From NCBI GenBank assembly GCA_951406725.2, contig OX597825.1:75578001-75642000 (forward strand): a stretch of 64,000 bases of DNA, given 5' to 3'. Shown here piece by piece: positions 1 to 13,213 of the stretch. A program made the translations under genes and the position numbers. Positions within the stretch are counted from its first letter, which is position 1. Each line of letters starts with the position of its first letter. The notes under the pieces are model-generated. The model did no database searches, was not told the DNA's origin, and saw only the letters and a list, made by a program, of their open reading frames with translations. This DNA comes from Octopus vulgaris. Its lineage: Eukaryota.

Positions 1-356
1 TGAGGTCAAAATTTCCATTTTTGAACTTCGCATACCTATCATGAGCAGTTCTTTAAGCTATGACACCTTCTCCATACACAACATAAATGTCACGAGCAGC
101 TTTTGCAGCCTTAGAACCTTGATTAAAAGCAAAACGAAGGAGGTGTTGAAAATGCTTGTTTTTCTTAACTTGACATTCCATTTTAATGATCTGAAAATAA
201 ACAAAAATTAACTAAAATTAACTAGAAAAAAAAAACAGAATAGATTCCAAAATGATTCAAAAATAGAATTCTCTAAAAAAATAGATTCCAAAATTTAAAA
301 ACACAATAAATTCCAAAATTTAAAAAAATGGCAGAAACTTAGTTGTCAACCCAAAT
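1..356 (-). mobile_element. Tc1/mariner transposon 5' end (TIR plus decayed transposase N-terminus), runs off window
   Basis: Minus strand from ATG at 181 reads MECQVKKNKHFQHLLRFAFNQGSKAAKAARDIYVVYGEGVIA*RTAHDRYAKFKNGNFDL, a mariner HTH region with an internal stop; TIR-like TTGGGTTGACAACTAAGTTTCTGCC at ~330-356. Confidence 0.8.
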
Positions 357-1026
357 ATCTCTATAATATAAATTGGACATGGTCAATCATTGTATCCTTT
401 CTTGTCTTGCGGTTCACAGCCAAACGGCTGGGTGGATTCACGTGGAAAATGGCACACATGCGAAGACAGGTACATAGATTGGAATGTGGTTTGTAATTTT
501 TTTCTTGCCCACATACTTACTGAGAAAATCGATTAAAACCTTTTCTAATGGAATTCCCCTGTTTGTTCAGCCATTAAAACATCCAGTTGCTCACACAGCC
601 GGCATATACCATTTCACTAGCAACAAGGGGAGTACAGCATGACAGTCAGCCAAAACTTTCACTACACTGTCTCTCTTCTTTCACCTCTTTGTGAGCTAAA
701 TAATCTTAATCTTTAGTTACAGTTTCTCATTCAAATTACATAATAGACAGAATTGATGGATTAAGACAGTAGGGTGTTTTGTGGGAGATTTGGCTGCTAT
801 TTCTACCAGGTCTACCTACCATGTAGAGGTCTGAACTTAATTTTCATTCACATATTTGCATTTCAAAAATTTAACATAATCTTTTCCATTAATCAACTAT
901 CGTAAAAATTTTATATGATGACCTCACATTTTCTATGCATGTGTGTGTACCTTAAAAGACATCAGTCATCACAACACTCACCTTCACTCACTCACTTTAT
1001 CTCTCTTTCTCACCCTCTTTTTCTCT

Positions 1027-1060
1027 CACATACACACGCACACACACACGTGCACACACA

Positions 1061-1115
<55 letters not shown>

Positions 1116-1135
1116 ACATACGTACATACACATAT
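1027..1135. repeat. (CA)n microsatellite
   Basis: Direct reading. Confidence 0.95.
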
Positions 1136-1249
1136 CCATTTCATATATCTTCTTTCAATTTCTGCTCTCTGCAAATAAAATTTTTTGCGGATACAACTGC
1201 GTACAAAAATAGGGATTAATGTATAATTTCTTTCTATGTTCATAATTAA

Positions 1250-1530
1250 ATCACCGTTTTACTAATTTGAGATAAACAAACTCTCATTTCCTCATCAACA
1301 CAAAGGGTCTTGGAGACTAATGCCTCTCTGTATATAAAATAGTGCATTGATATAATATTTGGATTTATCTTTCTGATGGTTGCTGCCAAGCCTCTCGCTT
1401 TCCTTGTCATACTTGGGGCACCATCCATGCAAATTCCAATACAAGAATTCCACGAAATCGTAACCTTTTCAAAATTCTCAGGCAGGGCTTGAAAAATATC
1501 TTCCTCCTTAGTACATTCTGAAAACGATAA
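1250..1530 (-). mobile_element. hAT (Charlie/SPIN-like) transposase fragment
   Basis: SWNSCIGICMDGAPSM...NPNIISMHYFIYREALVSKTL matches the hAT DGAxxM and HCxxHREAL motifs in decayed form. Confidence 0.75.
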
Positions 1531-2341
1531 AATGGTGAAACAGGTCAGTTCATCTCAAATTCTTTGTAAACTCCTAAATATATCTCCTTCTGTGTATATA
1601 TATACACCACCAACATATGACCTTTTTGAACTTATAATTTTCTGTGTATATATATATATAGATACTTCCTAACAAACATGATTTTTAATGAAATCCTAAT
1701 ATTTTTAATAAATTTTTAAATATTTTCTCAAGATTTTTCCTATCCAGTTCAGAAATTTAGCATGTAAATATTGCATTGAAAAACCCTTTTGGATAGAATT
1801 AGTCAAAGGCTTTGAGGTATTCTGAAAATAAGAATTAATTCACATTCTCTCAAAAGTTTATAGAAAAATTATTATGACATCAACAACATATGATTTTCAT
1901 TGGTAAGAATAAAGCTTCTAAAATGGATATAAAAGTTTGAATGATTGCTTTGGTCCAGTGGTAGAACATCTGTCAAGTCTACAGGGGAAATTAGATTGAG
2001 TCCTAAGACAGCCTTTCACTTATTTTTTTATCCAAAAGGGATTTCCAACCTAACATTTACATGCTCTTATTTATAACTTTATGTGTGCGTGTGCTTTGAG
2101 ATCTGCTGTTCCAAAAAAGCACTGTTTCAAATTCTCTTCAAAGTTTATAAAATTTTTGACATCAAATCTAAATAAATTGTAAATGAAAAGAAATGTAATA
2201 AATCTATGGTGAAATGTTTTCCAATCATATTCTAATAATTTCATTTTTAATTTCCCTCCTTACATAACAATTATTCTTTTATGTTTATTAATTTAGAAAT
2301 TTTGTTGCCATTAATGTCAAGATTTTTCTATTACCTTCTAG

Positions 2342-2547
2342 GGGTACGTTGGAACATTGCAGTTTTATTCAGTGAGATGAAGTTCTCTTGTCGTAATTCT
2401 TTCAATATAAAACCTGATGTGACACGCTATATAAAATTTAGAACAAATTCTAGAACATCAAATACATCATTCTTCCTTCCAAAGGAAATGAATACAAAGC
2501 CAAGAATAGAGTTATTGACTACAGGAATATTTTGGTTAGACACAATT
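2342..2547 (+). CDS. Candidate host-gene exon (phase 1 to 0), xVRWNIAVLFSEMK...IELLTTGIFWLDTI
   Basis: Acceptor ttaccttctag, donor gtgagt, open frame of 68 codons, phase matches next candidate exon. Confidence 0.6.
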
Positions 2548-2924
2548 GTGAGTAATTTATTTTATTTATTTATTTTATTTATTTTTTTGGTTTGAAAGGA
2601 GTATTAGTATTTGTTTGCAGGGTTTCTGGATTTGAGTAAATGAGATATGTTACAGACATGTATGCACATATATAATTCAGTAAAACACACATATGTATTA
2701 ATAATTTCTTTTTAGAAAGTAGATGATTTGGATGAATCACTCAACATCACTTTTCTGTGTTCACTTTATGCTAGGTCTAAAGTTTTGGTTTTTATTAAAA
2801 TGGATAATAGCAAAGCACTTTTTCAATTCTGTAGTCTCAATCACCCTAAAAACTGTTTTTATTCACAGTCAAAAGAAATGTCATTAGTTATGTAAGTTGT
2901 GTTATGTTAACATGTTGAAATATT

Positions 2925-3130
2925 GATTTCAAATTTTGGCACAAGGCCAGCCCATTTTGGGGAAGGGAGTTAAGTCTATTTCATTGACTCCAGTACTTAT
3001 TTTATCAACCCCTGAAAGGATGAAAGGTAAAGACAACTCCTGTGGAATTTGAACACATAACATAAAGATGAACGAAATACCACTAAGCATTTTCCCTATG
3101 TGCTAATGATTCTGCCAGCTCACCACCTTA
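2925..3130 (-). mobile_element. tRNA-derived SINE (family S1)
   Basis: Reverse complement resembles 3648-3812 and 12774-12990 (gagctggcagaa..ttagca..gttcaaattc..ctttcatcctt..gataaaataagtac). Confidence 0.75.
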
Positions 3131-3647
3131 TCATGTTGAAATATTAATAAGGGAAAGCAATTAATTCAAAAATGTTTATTTATAACACTAAACACATTTA
3201 ATATATATATATAGATACATAACATACAAATTGTTAAATACATTATGTGTGTGAATTAAGAAATAATAAATTGTCAAATGTTTCTTTATAAATTAGAATA
3301 TAATTATCAGTTACTACAGGAACAATCTCTAAGAGAGAAGGTTAAAGGTTAAAAATTATATTATCAGATATGGATGGAAAGGATGAAAACTATTTTATCA
3401 AATGTGAGCCAACAGACACATGGCCTCTGGCTGTAATAAGAAAAAAATCACAAAGAAACTTGAATAACAGGGTTTTATAAACCCACCAAGAAGTTCTAGA
3501 ATATTCCAGTAAGCTTTTAGGTGTGAAAATTCAACTTTTCTTTCTTTACTTTCACTGATGTAACAGGTGCTTGGTTGGATATTACCAAATATAATATTCT
3601 TTTATTCACCATTGGCAATATTCTTTAGTCAATATAGCCAAATATGT

Positions 3648-3812
3648 AAGGCAGTGGGCTGGCAGAATTGTTAGCATTCCAGACAAAATGCTTAGCAGCA
3701 TTTCTTCTGTCTTTATGTTCTGAGTTCAAACTCTGCCAAGGTTGACTTTGTCTTTCGTCCTTTTGGGGTCAATGAAATAAGTACCATTTGAGTACTGGGG
3801 GTCAATGTAATA
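3648..3812 (+). mobile_element. tRNA-derived SINE (family S1), 3' part cut by mariner
   Basis: gggctggcagaattgttagc (A-box-like), gagttcaaactc (B-box-like), shared body with other copies. Confidence 0.75.
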
Positions 3813-3836
3813 CATATGTGTGTGTGTCCCTATATA

Positions 3837-5101
3837 TCAGGTTGAGTAAAAAGTAAGCAACGTTTTGAACCATGAAGAATTTGTACTGGATTTTTGCAGA
3901 ATTTTGAATTTTTTAAAAATATTTTATTGCAATTTTCTGATAATACAGACATTGACTTTCTCAAATGCACCAATAAAGTAACATTGATATTCTTTTCACC
4001 ATTGTTGCAATCATCTGAAATGGAACTGTCAAACTATTTCAGCAATTTTGCTATTCAACTTCAAAAAAGGGCATAAAGAAGCTGAAACTGCTTGTGATAT
4101 CAACAAAATGTTTGGTGGGGAAATGACCAGTGAGTGGTCAGCTCAAAAATGGTTTAAACTATTTCACAGTGGAGAACTGAACCTTGAAGATCATGAGCAA
4201 AGTGGACGCCCATCTATTATTGATGATGGTCAATTAAAGATTGTCATTGAGAAAGATCCATGTAAAACCACTTGAAAACTAGCAAAAGAACTTCAAGTTA
4301 GCCAGAAAACTGCCTGCATCCATTTGCATGCGATTGGAAAATACAAAAATCTCAACAAATGGGTACCACACGATTGGAATGAAAATCATAAAACTCGCAG
4401 AAATGAAACTGGCTCATTGCTTCTTCTCTGTAACCAGACCAATCCATTTCTCAATCACATTGTAACTTGTGATGAAAAGTAGGTTCTGTACAATAATAAA
4501 ATACGTTCTTCATAGTGGTTGGACCAAAATGAAGCACCAAAATTTTCCTTAAACCTGAGCACTTCAAAAAGAAGGTTATGGTGACTGATTGCTGCTGTAC
4601 TGCTGGACTCATCCACTATAACTTCTTGAAATCCAGAAAGACCATTACTGCAGAAACATATTGCCATGAAATTGCCAAAATGAACGAAAAACTGCTCCCC
4701 CTCCATTCCAGACTGATCAGCAGGAGAGGGCCAATCATTCTTCATGGCAATGCTTGACCACATGTTTCACTAATGATGCTCCATAAGTTGGGGGAATTTG
4801 GCTACAAACTTCTTCTACACTCAGCTTATTCCTCAACCCTGTCTCCTACTGACAACCACTTTTTCAAGCACTGTGAAGGTTTCCTATGAGAGGAGTTCAA
4901 AAATCAAACTGATGCTGAAAGTGCATCTAAAAAGTTTATCAGGTCCAGAACTCCAGATTTTCATGTTAACAAACTTGTAACTCAGCAAAAATATGTTGAT
5001 TGTAATAGTGCTTACTTTGATGAATAAAATTTCTGCATTGTTCAAATATATTGTGATGAATTTCATGTTGCAAAACGTTGCTTACGTTTTACTCAGCCTG
5101 A
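3837..5101 (+). mobile_element. Full-length decayed mariner transposon (~1.27 kb)
   Basis: 31-bp TIRs TCAGGTTGAGTAAAAAGTAAGCAACGTTTTG (3837-3867 and 5071-5101, 2 mismatches), TA flanks; transposase remnants FNFKKGHKEAE, WVPHD, IVTCDEK*, HGNA*PH, SPTDNHFF with stops and frameshifts. Confidence 0.92.
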
Positions 5102-5170
5102 TATATATATATATACACATACATACATACTTATACCTATATCTATCTATCTATTGATATATATATATAT

Positions 5171-5620
5171 CATCATCATCATCATCATCATCATTATCGT
5201 TTAATGTCCGCCTTCCATACTGGCATGGGTTGGATGATTTGACACGTGCTGGCCAGGTAGAAGACAACACCAGGCTTCTGTGTCTGTTTTGGCATGGTTT
5301 TTACAGCTGGATGCCCTTCCTAACACTAACCACCCTGTAGAGTGGATGGAGTGCTTTATACGTGGCACCAGCACAAGCAAGATCAGTTTTGGCATGTTTT
5401 TTACAGCTGGATGCCCTTCCAAATGTCAATAACTTCACAGTGTGGTCTTCGCTTTCTATGTGGCACCAGCACTGAGAGAGTCACCAAGTAACTTGCAAGG
5501 CAAGGAATTTTGAGAAGGTACAGGGTATTGGATTGGGAGATCTCATGTCAGATGATGAAAGGTGTGACAGAAAGACAGAGAGGCAGAAATAGGTATCTTG
5601 CTATAGAGGCTACCCAACCA
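5171..5620 (-). mobile_element. RTE-related non-coding 3' fragment with (GAT)n tail
   Basis: (CAT)n followed by cgtttaatgtccgccttccatactggcatgggttgg, same 3' end as RTE copies at 10036 and 59717. Confidence 0.7.
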
Positions 5621-5769
5621 GAATGAGAGAAGAGAGAGACAGGAAGAGAGAGAAAGAGAGGGAGGAGATGAGAGAGGCAAGAGAATGAGAGTGACGGGGA
5701 GAGAGAGAGTAAGAGGAAAAGAGACCAAAAGGAAGAGCTAGAGGGAAAGAAACAGAGGTAAAGAAAGAT

Positions 5770-5777
5770 AAATAGAT

Positions 5778-5850
<73 letters not shown>
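5770..5850. repeat. (TA)n(GA)n compound microsatellite
   Basis: Direct reading. Confidence 0.95.
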
Positions 5851-5854
<4 letters not shown>

Positions 5855-6959
5855 AATGTACACAATATATAAAAGATCTACTAATAATTTCATGCTGTAA
5901 AGATATAATAATTTTGCAGATTTATATAACACAAGTGAAATCTGTAAATATTTCATGGAATTCATGGTAAACCTATTGGGTTATTCCAGAAAACTTTATC
6001 CAAAAAACCTGAAAGTGTACCTTGTGTCTATATGGAAAGATAGTTGCTCATCTGCTATTCAGTGAAATGTAAAAGAAACTGGAATACGAGGATTACATAA
6101 TGCACTTTGTATATAGACTTTATATACTTTATGCACAAATTTATAGACTTAATTCACTGCACTCAAAATAAATATTCACTTTTATTTTTCCATTTTTACC
6201 ATAAAGAAAAATATCCAATACATATGATACAATCTTTAGTTAAATTGCATACATCTGCCATGTAAATAATCATGAATATTTCACGGAATTGCACTTAGGT
6301 GCATGTGTTAAGTGATAGGTGATATATAAAAACTTAGTTCAATTAAGAAACAATACACTTTTCACTATCCAATCACCACTGCCACCTCCACCACCATCAC
6401 CACCACTGCCATCTCCTCCTCCACCACCGGTGTCACTCTGTCATTCCCTCTATCTCTCCTTCATCTCCCCTCCTCTCGCTTTCTCTCTGCCTTTATTTAA
6501 CATCACCATCAGAACACCACCTGTTTGCTCTGCCTTCAACTAACTTTTCAACCACATAATAAATATTACATTCCCTCTACCTCACATCATGGACTCTTCC
6601 CTCTCTCCCACATTTTCTTCCTCCCACTTTCTGTCTCTCTCTTTGCCTTATCCTCTTTTCTCTATCTCCTCTTTCTTTCTCCTCTATTTCCTTTCAATTA
6701 ATCATGTAAAAATGTTACAATTACATTCTCTCCATCTCATGTCATGGACGCTTCTCTCTCTCTTTTTCCTCTCCTCTTTTTCTCTTTACCTTGTTTTCTC
6801 TCTCCCTCTTTTCTTTCTCCCTCTTTTTCTCTAATCATGTGAAAACATTACCAACGGGCTAAGTAATGCAATGACAAGCAGTATCATTATAAGATGCCAT
6901 TTGTCTCCAAGAAATCTATCTGGTTTAGTACATACTATGTGATTTATTTGAAAACCAGA

Positions 6960-7660
6960 ATGCTGATCTATGAGAAAACATGAAAATATATGAGAAAAAC
7001 TGAGAAGAAAAACATGAAGAAGGTTCGTGTAAAAGTGGAATGAGAAAAAAGAAAGAAAAGTAAGGAAACCAAGTCTTTGTTCCCTTTGTTTGTAGAAATC
7101 ATGATTAATCAATCTGGCGTAGAATAATATAACAGAGAGGAGGCCAAAGTCTGTGAGATAGCTACTCAATATGAAGAGGGTGGTGTTTTCCAGTTTGATA
7201 GTAGAAACTTGTCCATGTGCATGCATTTGCTAAAAATTTTGGTTCTGGAATTCAGTGGTGTTTGAATCTAAAAAGAATGTGTGACCTTTTAACTTGACAT
7301 AACTTGCATCTCTTTGATCCATGCATATATGGCATAGATTTCTCCATGATTCTCCCTGTGATTGTATGTGGCATGCATTTGGTTTTCAAATCTCATATAT
7401 GGTTATCCATGCAGGCACATGGACAAGTTTCTTTTGTTGAAAAGGAGGAAACCACCCAATCTGGATTGAGTAGCTATCTCAAAGGCTCTGGCCTCCTCTC
7501 CAAAATATTATTCAACTCAACTTAGATTAATTATGATTTCTACAGCCAAAGTTGATGAAGCTCTTAGTTTTCCTACTTTTCTGTCTTCTCATTCTACTTT
7601 TTGCTTCAACCTTCTTGTTTCCCATTTTTCTTATAGACTAGTGTCCTGGTTTTCAAAAAT
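6960..7660. repeat. Old imperfect inverted repeat (arms ~6960-7230 and ~7405-7660), foldback/MITE-like
   Basis: gagatagctactcaat..gaaacttgtccatgtgcatgcat mirrors atgcaggcacatggacaagtttc..attgagtagctatctc; 7670-7740 also mirrors 5865-5935. Confidence 0.7.
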
Positions 7661-7799
7661 GGAGACACACAGTATGTTATATACATCTGCCAAATTATTG
7701 TATCTCAACAGCATGAAACTATTAGTAGCTCTTTTTCAAAATGTGTAATTTAAATGACATTTATCTCTAGTTGGATAGAACATTTTCTTTGCTGAATCT

Positions 7800-9997
7800 A
7801 CCTAGAATGGAACAGTAACTTGTGGCGCGCGAGAACTCAGGGTGGACTCAATGCCTAATTTCACAGCTTGCCATGACTCTTGGCAAGAGAGGTAGAGTGC
7901 TGTGAAGGTGCCATCACGGTGGTGGAAGCAAGGGATGTGATGGCAGGATGCTTGAGGGACAAATCGCTGGGTTTGGATGGTCTGCCCTACAAGTTTTACA
8001 AATGTATGCCAGACTTGTTTGGAAATGTCTTGGCAGCAGTGTACAGCAACTGGCAGTAGAATGGGAGCATCCCCAGTTTTGTGAGCTGAGCAGCCGTAAT
8101 GCTGCTGAAGAAAGATCCAAACAAGGGGGACGTAATAGATAACTTTCAACCCATCACTCTGCTCAATGCAGACTTGAAAATTTTGGCCAAGAGGTTGGTG
8201 CATGTAATCGAGAAACTGGTCAACAAGGTGCAAAAGTGTGTCATGCCAGGCTGGAGCATCCATGAAAACCTCCATCTGATGTGCTACATCGTAGACAGGG
8301 TATTTAAGGAATCTTTATGGGTGGGGCCATGATCAATTTAGATCAATCCAAAGCTTTCGTTAGGGTAGACCATCAATACTTGGAGGCTGTCCTCAGCAGC
8401 CGGTTTTGGTCCTGTATTCTGCAGCCAGATGGTTGCTTTGTACAGAGGCATCCATTTAGTAATTCGCATGAATGGGCATCTATTGAGACCTTTCGACATT
8501 GCACGTTTGGTCCGTCAGGGATGCCCCCTCTCACCACTTCTGTATGTATTGACTCTCAAGCCACTACTGTGCAAGCTGCTGACACTGAGGGGTATACCAT
8601 GAGAACTGGGGTGCAGGATGAGTGTGTCCACATATGCGGACGACGTCACTGTCATAGTGTCTAGCCACGAGCAGATCGAGCTGGTTGGTGAGACACTGAA
8701 AGACTACGAAGAGATGACAGGAGTGAAAATCAACCTGGAAAAGTTGGTGGGCTTGTGGCTCGGCACCTGGAGAAGCAAGCTCATGCTGTCCAGCAGCACC
8801 ACAGTAGTGGGATGCTGGATGGACGAGCCAGTCAAGTTGCTTGGGGTCTGGTTCGGTCCGGACCTGCAAATGGAGAAGAACTGGGATGAGATAATGAGTA
8901 GGGTGGCCACTCTCTCCCCACAATGGGCCAAGAGGAAGCTGTCCCTAAAAGGTCATCTACTACTGCCTCCCCATCGTGACTTGTCCCGACCCTACCATCA
9001 CCAAACTGGAACACATCCTCTTCTACTTCTTGTGGAAAGGAAGCGTTCCAATGGTCAGGTGATCCATTTGTTGTCAACACCATCTGAAAGGAGGGCTGGG
9101 CATGCCATAGTTGATGATACGCAGACAAGCGCTGAGAGTGCGACATCTCCGGCTCTACGTAGACGATGGGGAACAGGTGTAGTCGCCGTTTGTGTGATGT
9201 GCTTTGCTACAGCTCATGTCCATGACCAAGCTGCAGTCATGGATCAAGAAGAGCCCAAGGAAGGGCAAATGGCACCATGAGTGTTGCGTTGCTCTCGAGC
9301 AACTATACCATGCCCGGGTCAACCTTTAGCGACTGCATCACAACCAAAGCATTCTATAGGGGATTAGTAGAGGGGAGCACCTATTCAAGACGACTTTTGG
9401 GCCGGGATCTATGGGCAACTTCCAGAGATCTCTGGCCTGGCATTGCTACCGAGAAGTGCTACCCATTCAGGATAAGCTCTATAGATACGGCTCGAGAAAC
9501 ACGGGCGTATCTGAATAGATTAGAGACAAACACTTTCCTCTCTGGTCAATCTCCTCAACTTTTTCAAGTATCACTTGAAAAGGAAGGTGAGAGTAGAGAG
9601 GCAAGTTTTGTCTAGTGAATGTTTCAAAAACAGATGGCTGAATGTAGCAAGGATGGCATGTATGAATGACAAAGCCACCTTGAGCATGATCCTATCAACT
9701 GGAAAAAATTTAAAACAGAGAGTTACTTGTAAATAAATATGTTAATACGTGACATTATTTCCCAAGGTTACCATGGTCTTTACATAGATTTTTCTTTCAA
9801 CGGATAAACCTCCCCATTTCTTGGGAAATTTTTGTACTATTTTGATTTTTTTTTTTGTGTATATCCCAAGCAATTTCAATCGTTGTCCCTAATTTTGTTT
9901 CTTTTTTTACTTTGTTTTCACCCACCTCAAAAAGAAAAACTCGACATTGTATTTGTACCCTCTGTGTTAAACCCTATGTGGCCAATAAAGAAAGCTA
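7800..9997 (+). mobile_element. Decayed L1/Tx1-clade LINE, RT to 3' end
   Basis: LLKKDPNKG..NFQPITLLNADLKILAKRL, INLDQSKAF.RVDHQYL, VRQGCPLSPLL, TYADDVTV across shifted frames; AATAAA near 9984. Confidence 0.85.
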
Positions 9998-10035
<38 letters not shown>

Positions 10036-10036
<1 letters not shown>

Positions 10037-11050
10037 CATCATCATCATCATCGTTTAACGTCCACTTTCCATGCTAGCACAGGTTGGACGATTAATTGAG
10101 GGCTGGCAAGCCAGATGGCTGCACCAGGCTTCAATCTTAATCTGGCAGAGTTTCTACTGCTGGATGCCTTTCCTAACACCAACCACTCCAAGAGTGTAGT
10201 AGGTGCTTTTACGTGCCACCAGCACGGGGCCAGTCAGGTGGTACTGGCAACGACCTTGCTCGAATCTTTTTACACATGTCACTGGCACAGGTGCCAGTGA
10301 GGCGATGCTGGTAATCATCACGCTTCATTGATGTTTTTTACATACCACCGGCACAGAGGCCAGATAGCCGCTTTGGCAATGGTCACGCTCAGATGGTGCT
10401 CTTAATACCCTACTAGCACGGGGCTCGAGTGCCAGTAAGGTGACGTTGGTAATGATCATGCTCGAATGGTGCCTTTTAAGTGCCACTGGCATGGAAGCCG
10501 GTTAGCCACTCTGTCAATGATCACACTCGTATGGTGCTCTTTGCACCCTGCTAGCACGGACGCCAGTCATCGAATTTGATTTTGATTTTGATTTCACTTG
10601 CCTCAACAGGTCTTCGCAAGCAGTGTTTTAGTGTCCAAAGAAGGAAAAGATATGCATAAGTGGGCTGGTTACGCCCGTGGCATAGGCCACGAGATTATGG
10701 TCTCATTTGGCTTGCCGGGTCTTCTCACGCACGGCATATTTCCAAAAGTCTCAGTTAGTAGTCATTTCCTTGGTGAGGCCTAAAGTTCGAAGGTCGTGCT
10801 TCACCACTTCATCCCAGGTCTTCCTGGGTCTACCTCTTCCACAGGTTCTCTCAACCGCTAGGGTGTGGCACTTTTTCACACAGCTGACCTCATCCATTCT
10901 CATCACATGACAATACCAGCGCAGTCATCTCTCTTGCACACCATATCTGATGCTTCTTAGTTTCAACATTTCTCTCAAGGTACTTACACTCTGTTGAGTA
11001 TGCACACTGACATTACACATCCATCGGATCATACTGGCTTCATTCCTATC
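10036..11050 (-). mobile_element. RTE-clade LINE 3' fragment with tandemly repeated 3' UTR
   Basis: Minus strand LRWYCHVMRMDE..CVKKC..GRGRPRKTWDEVVKHDL (RTE C-terminus); ~60-65-bp tandem units at 10210-10570; (GAT)n tail. Confidence 0.85.
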
Positions 11051-12460
11051 TTTATATATATATCAGTTTGCTAGCTATATATTTGTTCTTCTATGATTGC
11101 ATGAGTTAGATGAATACCTATTACGAAGGCATTACTTTACAACTGGGTGTTCTTCTTGTCAATCCTTACTTGTGTTGTAGATGAGAGAAATTTCATTCCA
11201 CTTGTCTTAGAAAGTGCAGAGATACTGGACAACTTTCTGGCAAAGAATAGTCAACAAACCTCACCATATCTAGCTCACCTCTGTGCAGAATGTAATCAGT
11301 TACATGGACACACACATGATAGGGAGACTCTCATGTTCTTCATAAGACTAAGAGGTCATCTTCACCCTATGCTATCTTCAGTTAATTGCTAATCCAATTA
11401 AAAAGTACGCTAGTTGCATTTTGTCATATTACCAAAATTAATGAGATTTCCTAGTTTATGCTGTGTGTCTGTTCACTTAATGCAATGTGAGAAAGCGGGT
11501 GAATGATAGAGCGGTGGTGGGAGAAACTAGGATGTGTTTGCGTAAAGGAGAAGTGTATGGTGGCAGTAACAGAAAGACTAAGGTGAAAGGTGGATGAAGA
11601 GAAGGTAAAGAGAAGGAAGAGTGATGGGTGGGTGAAGAGAAGAGTGAGAAGACTGAAGAGAAGAGTGAAGGAAGAGTGACTGTATAGAAAGGAATGATGG
11701 GATGGTTGTAGGTGGGATTGAGACTAGATGGTTCCAGGCTGAATGGCACAGAGTAAGGAGAGAGGGTGAGTATCTCAAAGACAAGAGGCTAGACAAAGCC
11801 AACAGCATCCCTACATTAGCTACTTGATACAAAGAAAAGGAAGGATTCACTACTATCCTTAGTTACACATACACCAGAGCAGAGTGACTAGAAGAAATGA
11901 ATGGTGAACTGAGTGTGAGTAATAGAGAGATGAATGGGACAGAGCTGATAAAGAGGTGAGATGGTATATAAAAAGGCAGGTTAGATAGCCTATGTAGACA
12001 CAAAAGGGGATATAATAGGGATACGACCCAAATGTAGACATATTATATCTACCATACTCCATCACTACCTCTGTTTCTACATTCAGTTCTATATGAATTT
12101 ATGATTTAGAATAGAGTAATATTTTCAAGTTGAATATACTCAGGTGACAAGACCAGGCTCCTTCCCTGCTGCCATTATTTGTGAATTTATATAATTATTC
12201 TATGTTGTTTTAATTTCTTAACGAGTAAATCTGAACAGCTCAGCTCCTGTAAACACGGTCTTGCTTGACTCTAAAGCTATCAATATTTGAAAAAAAAAAA
12301 AGACTTTATGTGAAGTAGAGATAGAATTGCTGAATGGATAGATAAATTAGATATTTCTCATCTTTGTAATTACAAGATCAAGAACAAATTGACTAATCTC
12401 CAAACTCATGTAATTCCTGGACACATAATTTTCTATTTTTCTCTTTTCCTTTTACTTTAG

Positions 12461-12557
12461 GTCACACTGAAAAACATGGAAACTTCCAAAATATATTCCT
12501 GTCTATATCTTAATTATACTTCTCAAATTCCTTACCACGAGTGTTCATTGACAAATG
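12461..12557 (+). CDS. Candidate host-gene exon (phase 0 to 1), VTLKNMETSKIYSCLYLNYTSQIPYHECSLTN
   Basis: Long polypyrimidine tract ending tttactttag, donor gtaagt, 97 bp open in frame 0, phases fit both neighbouring exons. Confidence 0.65.
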
Positions 12558-12773
12558 GTAAGTTGATGAAAGATATTTCTTATTTCACTTTATTAGAAAT
12601 TATGAAATAGGTCTGCCTTTCTGCCTGTGTGACTTTTACTTGATGTTATTGTTTAAAAGGTGATTGAGCAAAATGAATTATAAATGACTGTATTGATGTT
12701 ACCACAAAGAATTTAATCCTCCCATTAATGCCAGTTTCCAAAGCCACATTCATGATAATATTTCCATAGTAGA

Positions 12774-12990
12774 AGGAAGCAAGCTGGCAGAAACATTAGC
12801 ACATTGGGCAAAATGCTTAATGGCATTTCGTCTACCTTTATGTTCTGAGTTCAAATTCTGCCTTGGTTGACTTTGCCTTTCATCATTATGGAGTCAATAA
12901 AATAAGTACCAGTTGCAGACTGGGGTCAATGTAATTGACTTATTCCCTCCTCAGAATGTGCTGGCCTTATGCCAAAATTTGAAGCCAATA
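12774..12990 (+). mobile_element. tRNA-derived SINE (family S1)
   Basis: aagctggcagaaacattagc..gagttcaaattctgcc..gactttgcctttcatc..aaataagtacc. Confidence 0.75.
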
Positions 12991-13024
12991 TTTCCTTGGT
13001 AGTGTTTGGAATTTTGCTTCTTAA

Positions 13025-13172
13025 ATACATGATTTCATGTTCAATCTCACAGTCTGGTACATTGGACAAGTGTCTTCTACTATAACCTCAGACACACCAA
13101 AGACTTGTGAGTGGATATGGTCAACAGAAACTGAAAGAAGGCCATTGTATATATGTATATACATACATATAC

Positions 13173-13213
<41 letters not shown>

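Noticed and set aside
358-620. Possible non-autonomous Helitron (TC..tataatataa start, CTAG at ~617)
   Set aside because: No clear subterminal hairpin or second copy to define ends.
1945-2010. tRNA gene-like sequence (tggtccagtggtagaa)
   Set aside because: Only an A-box-like stretch with no cloverleaf or intact B box; likely a decayed SINE head.
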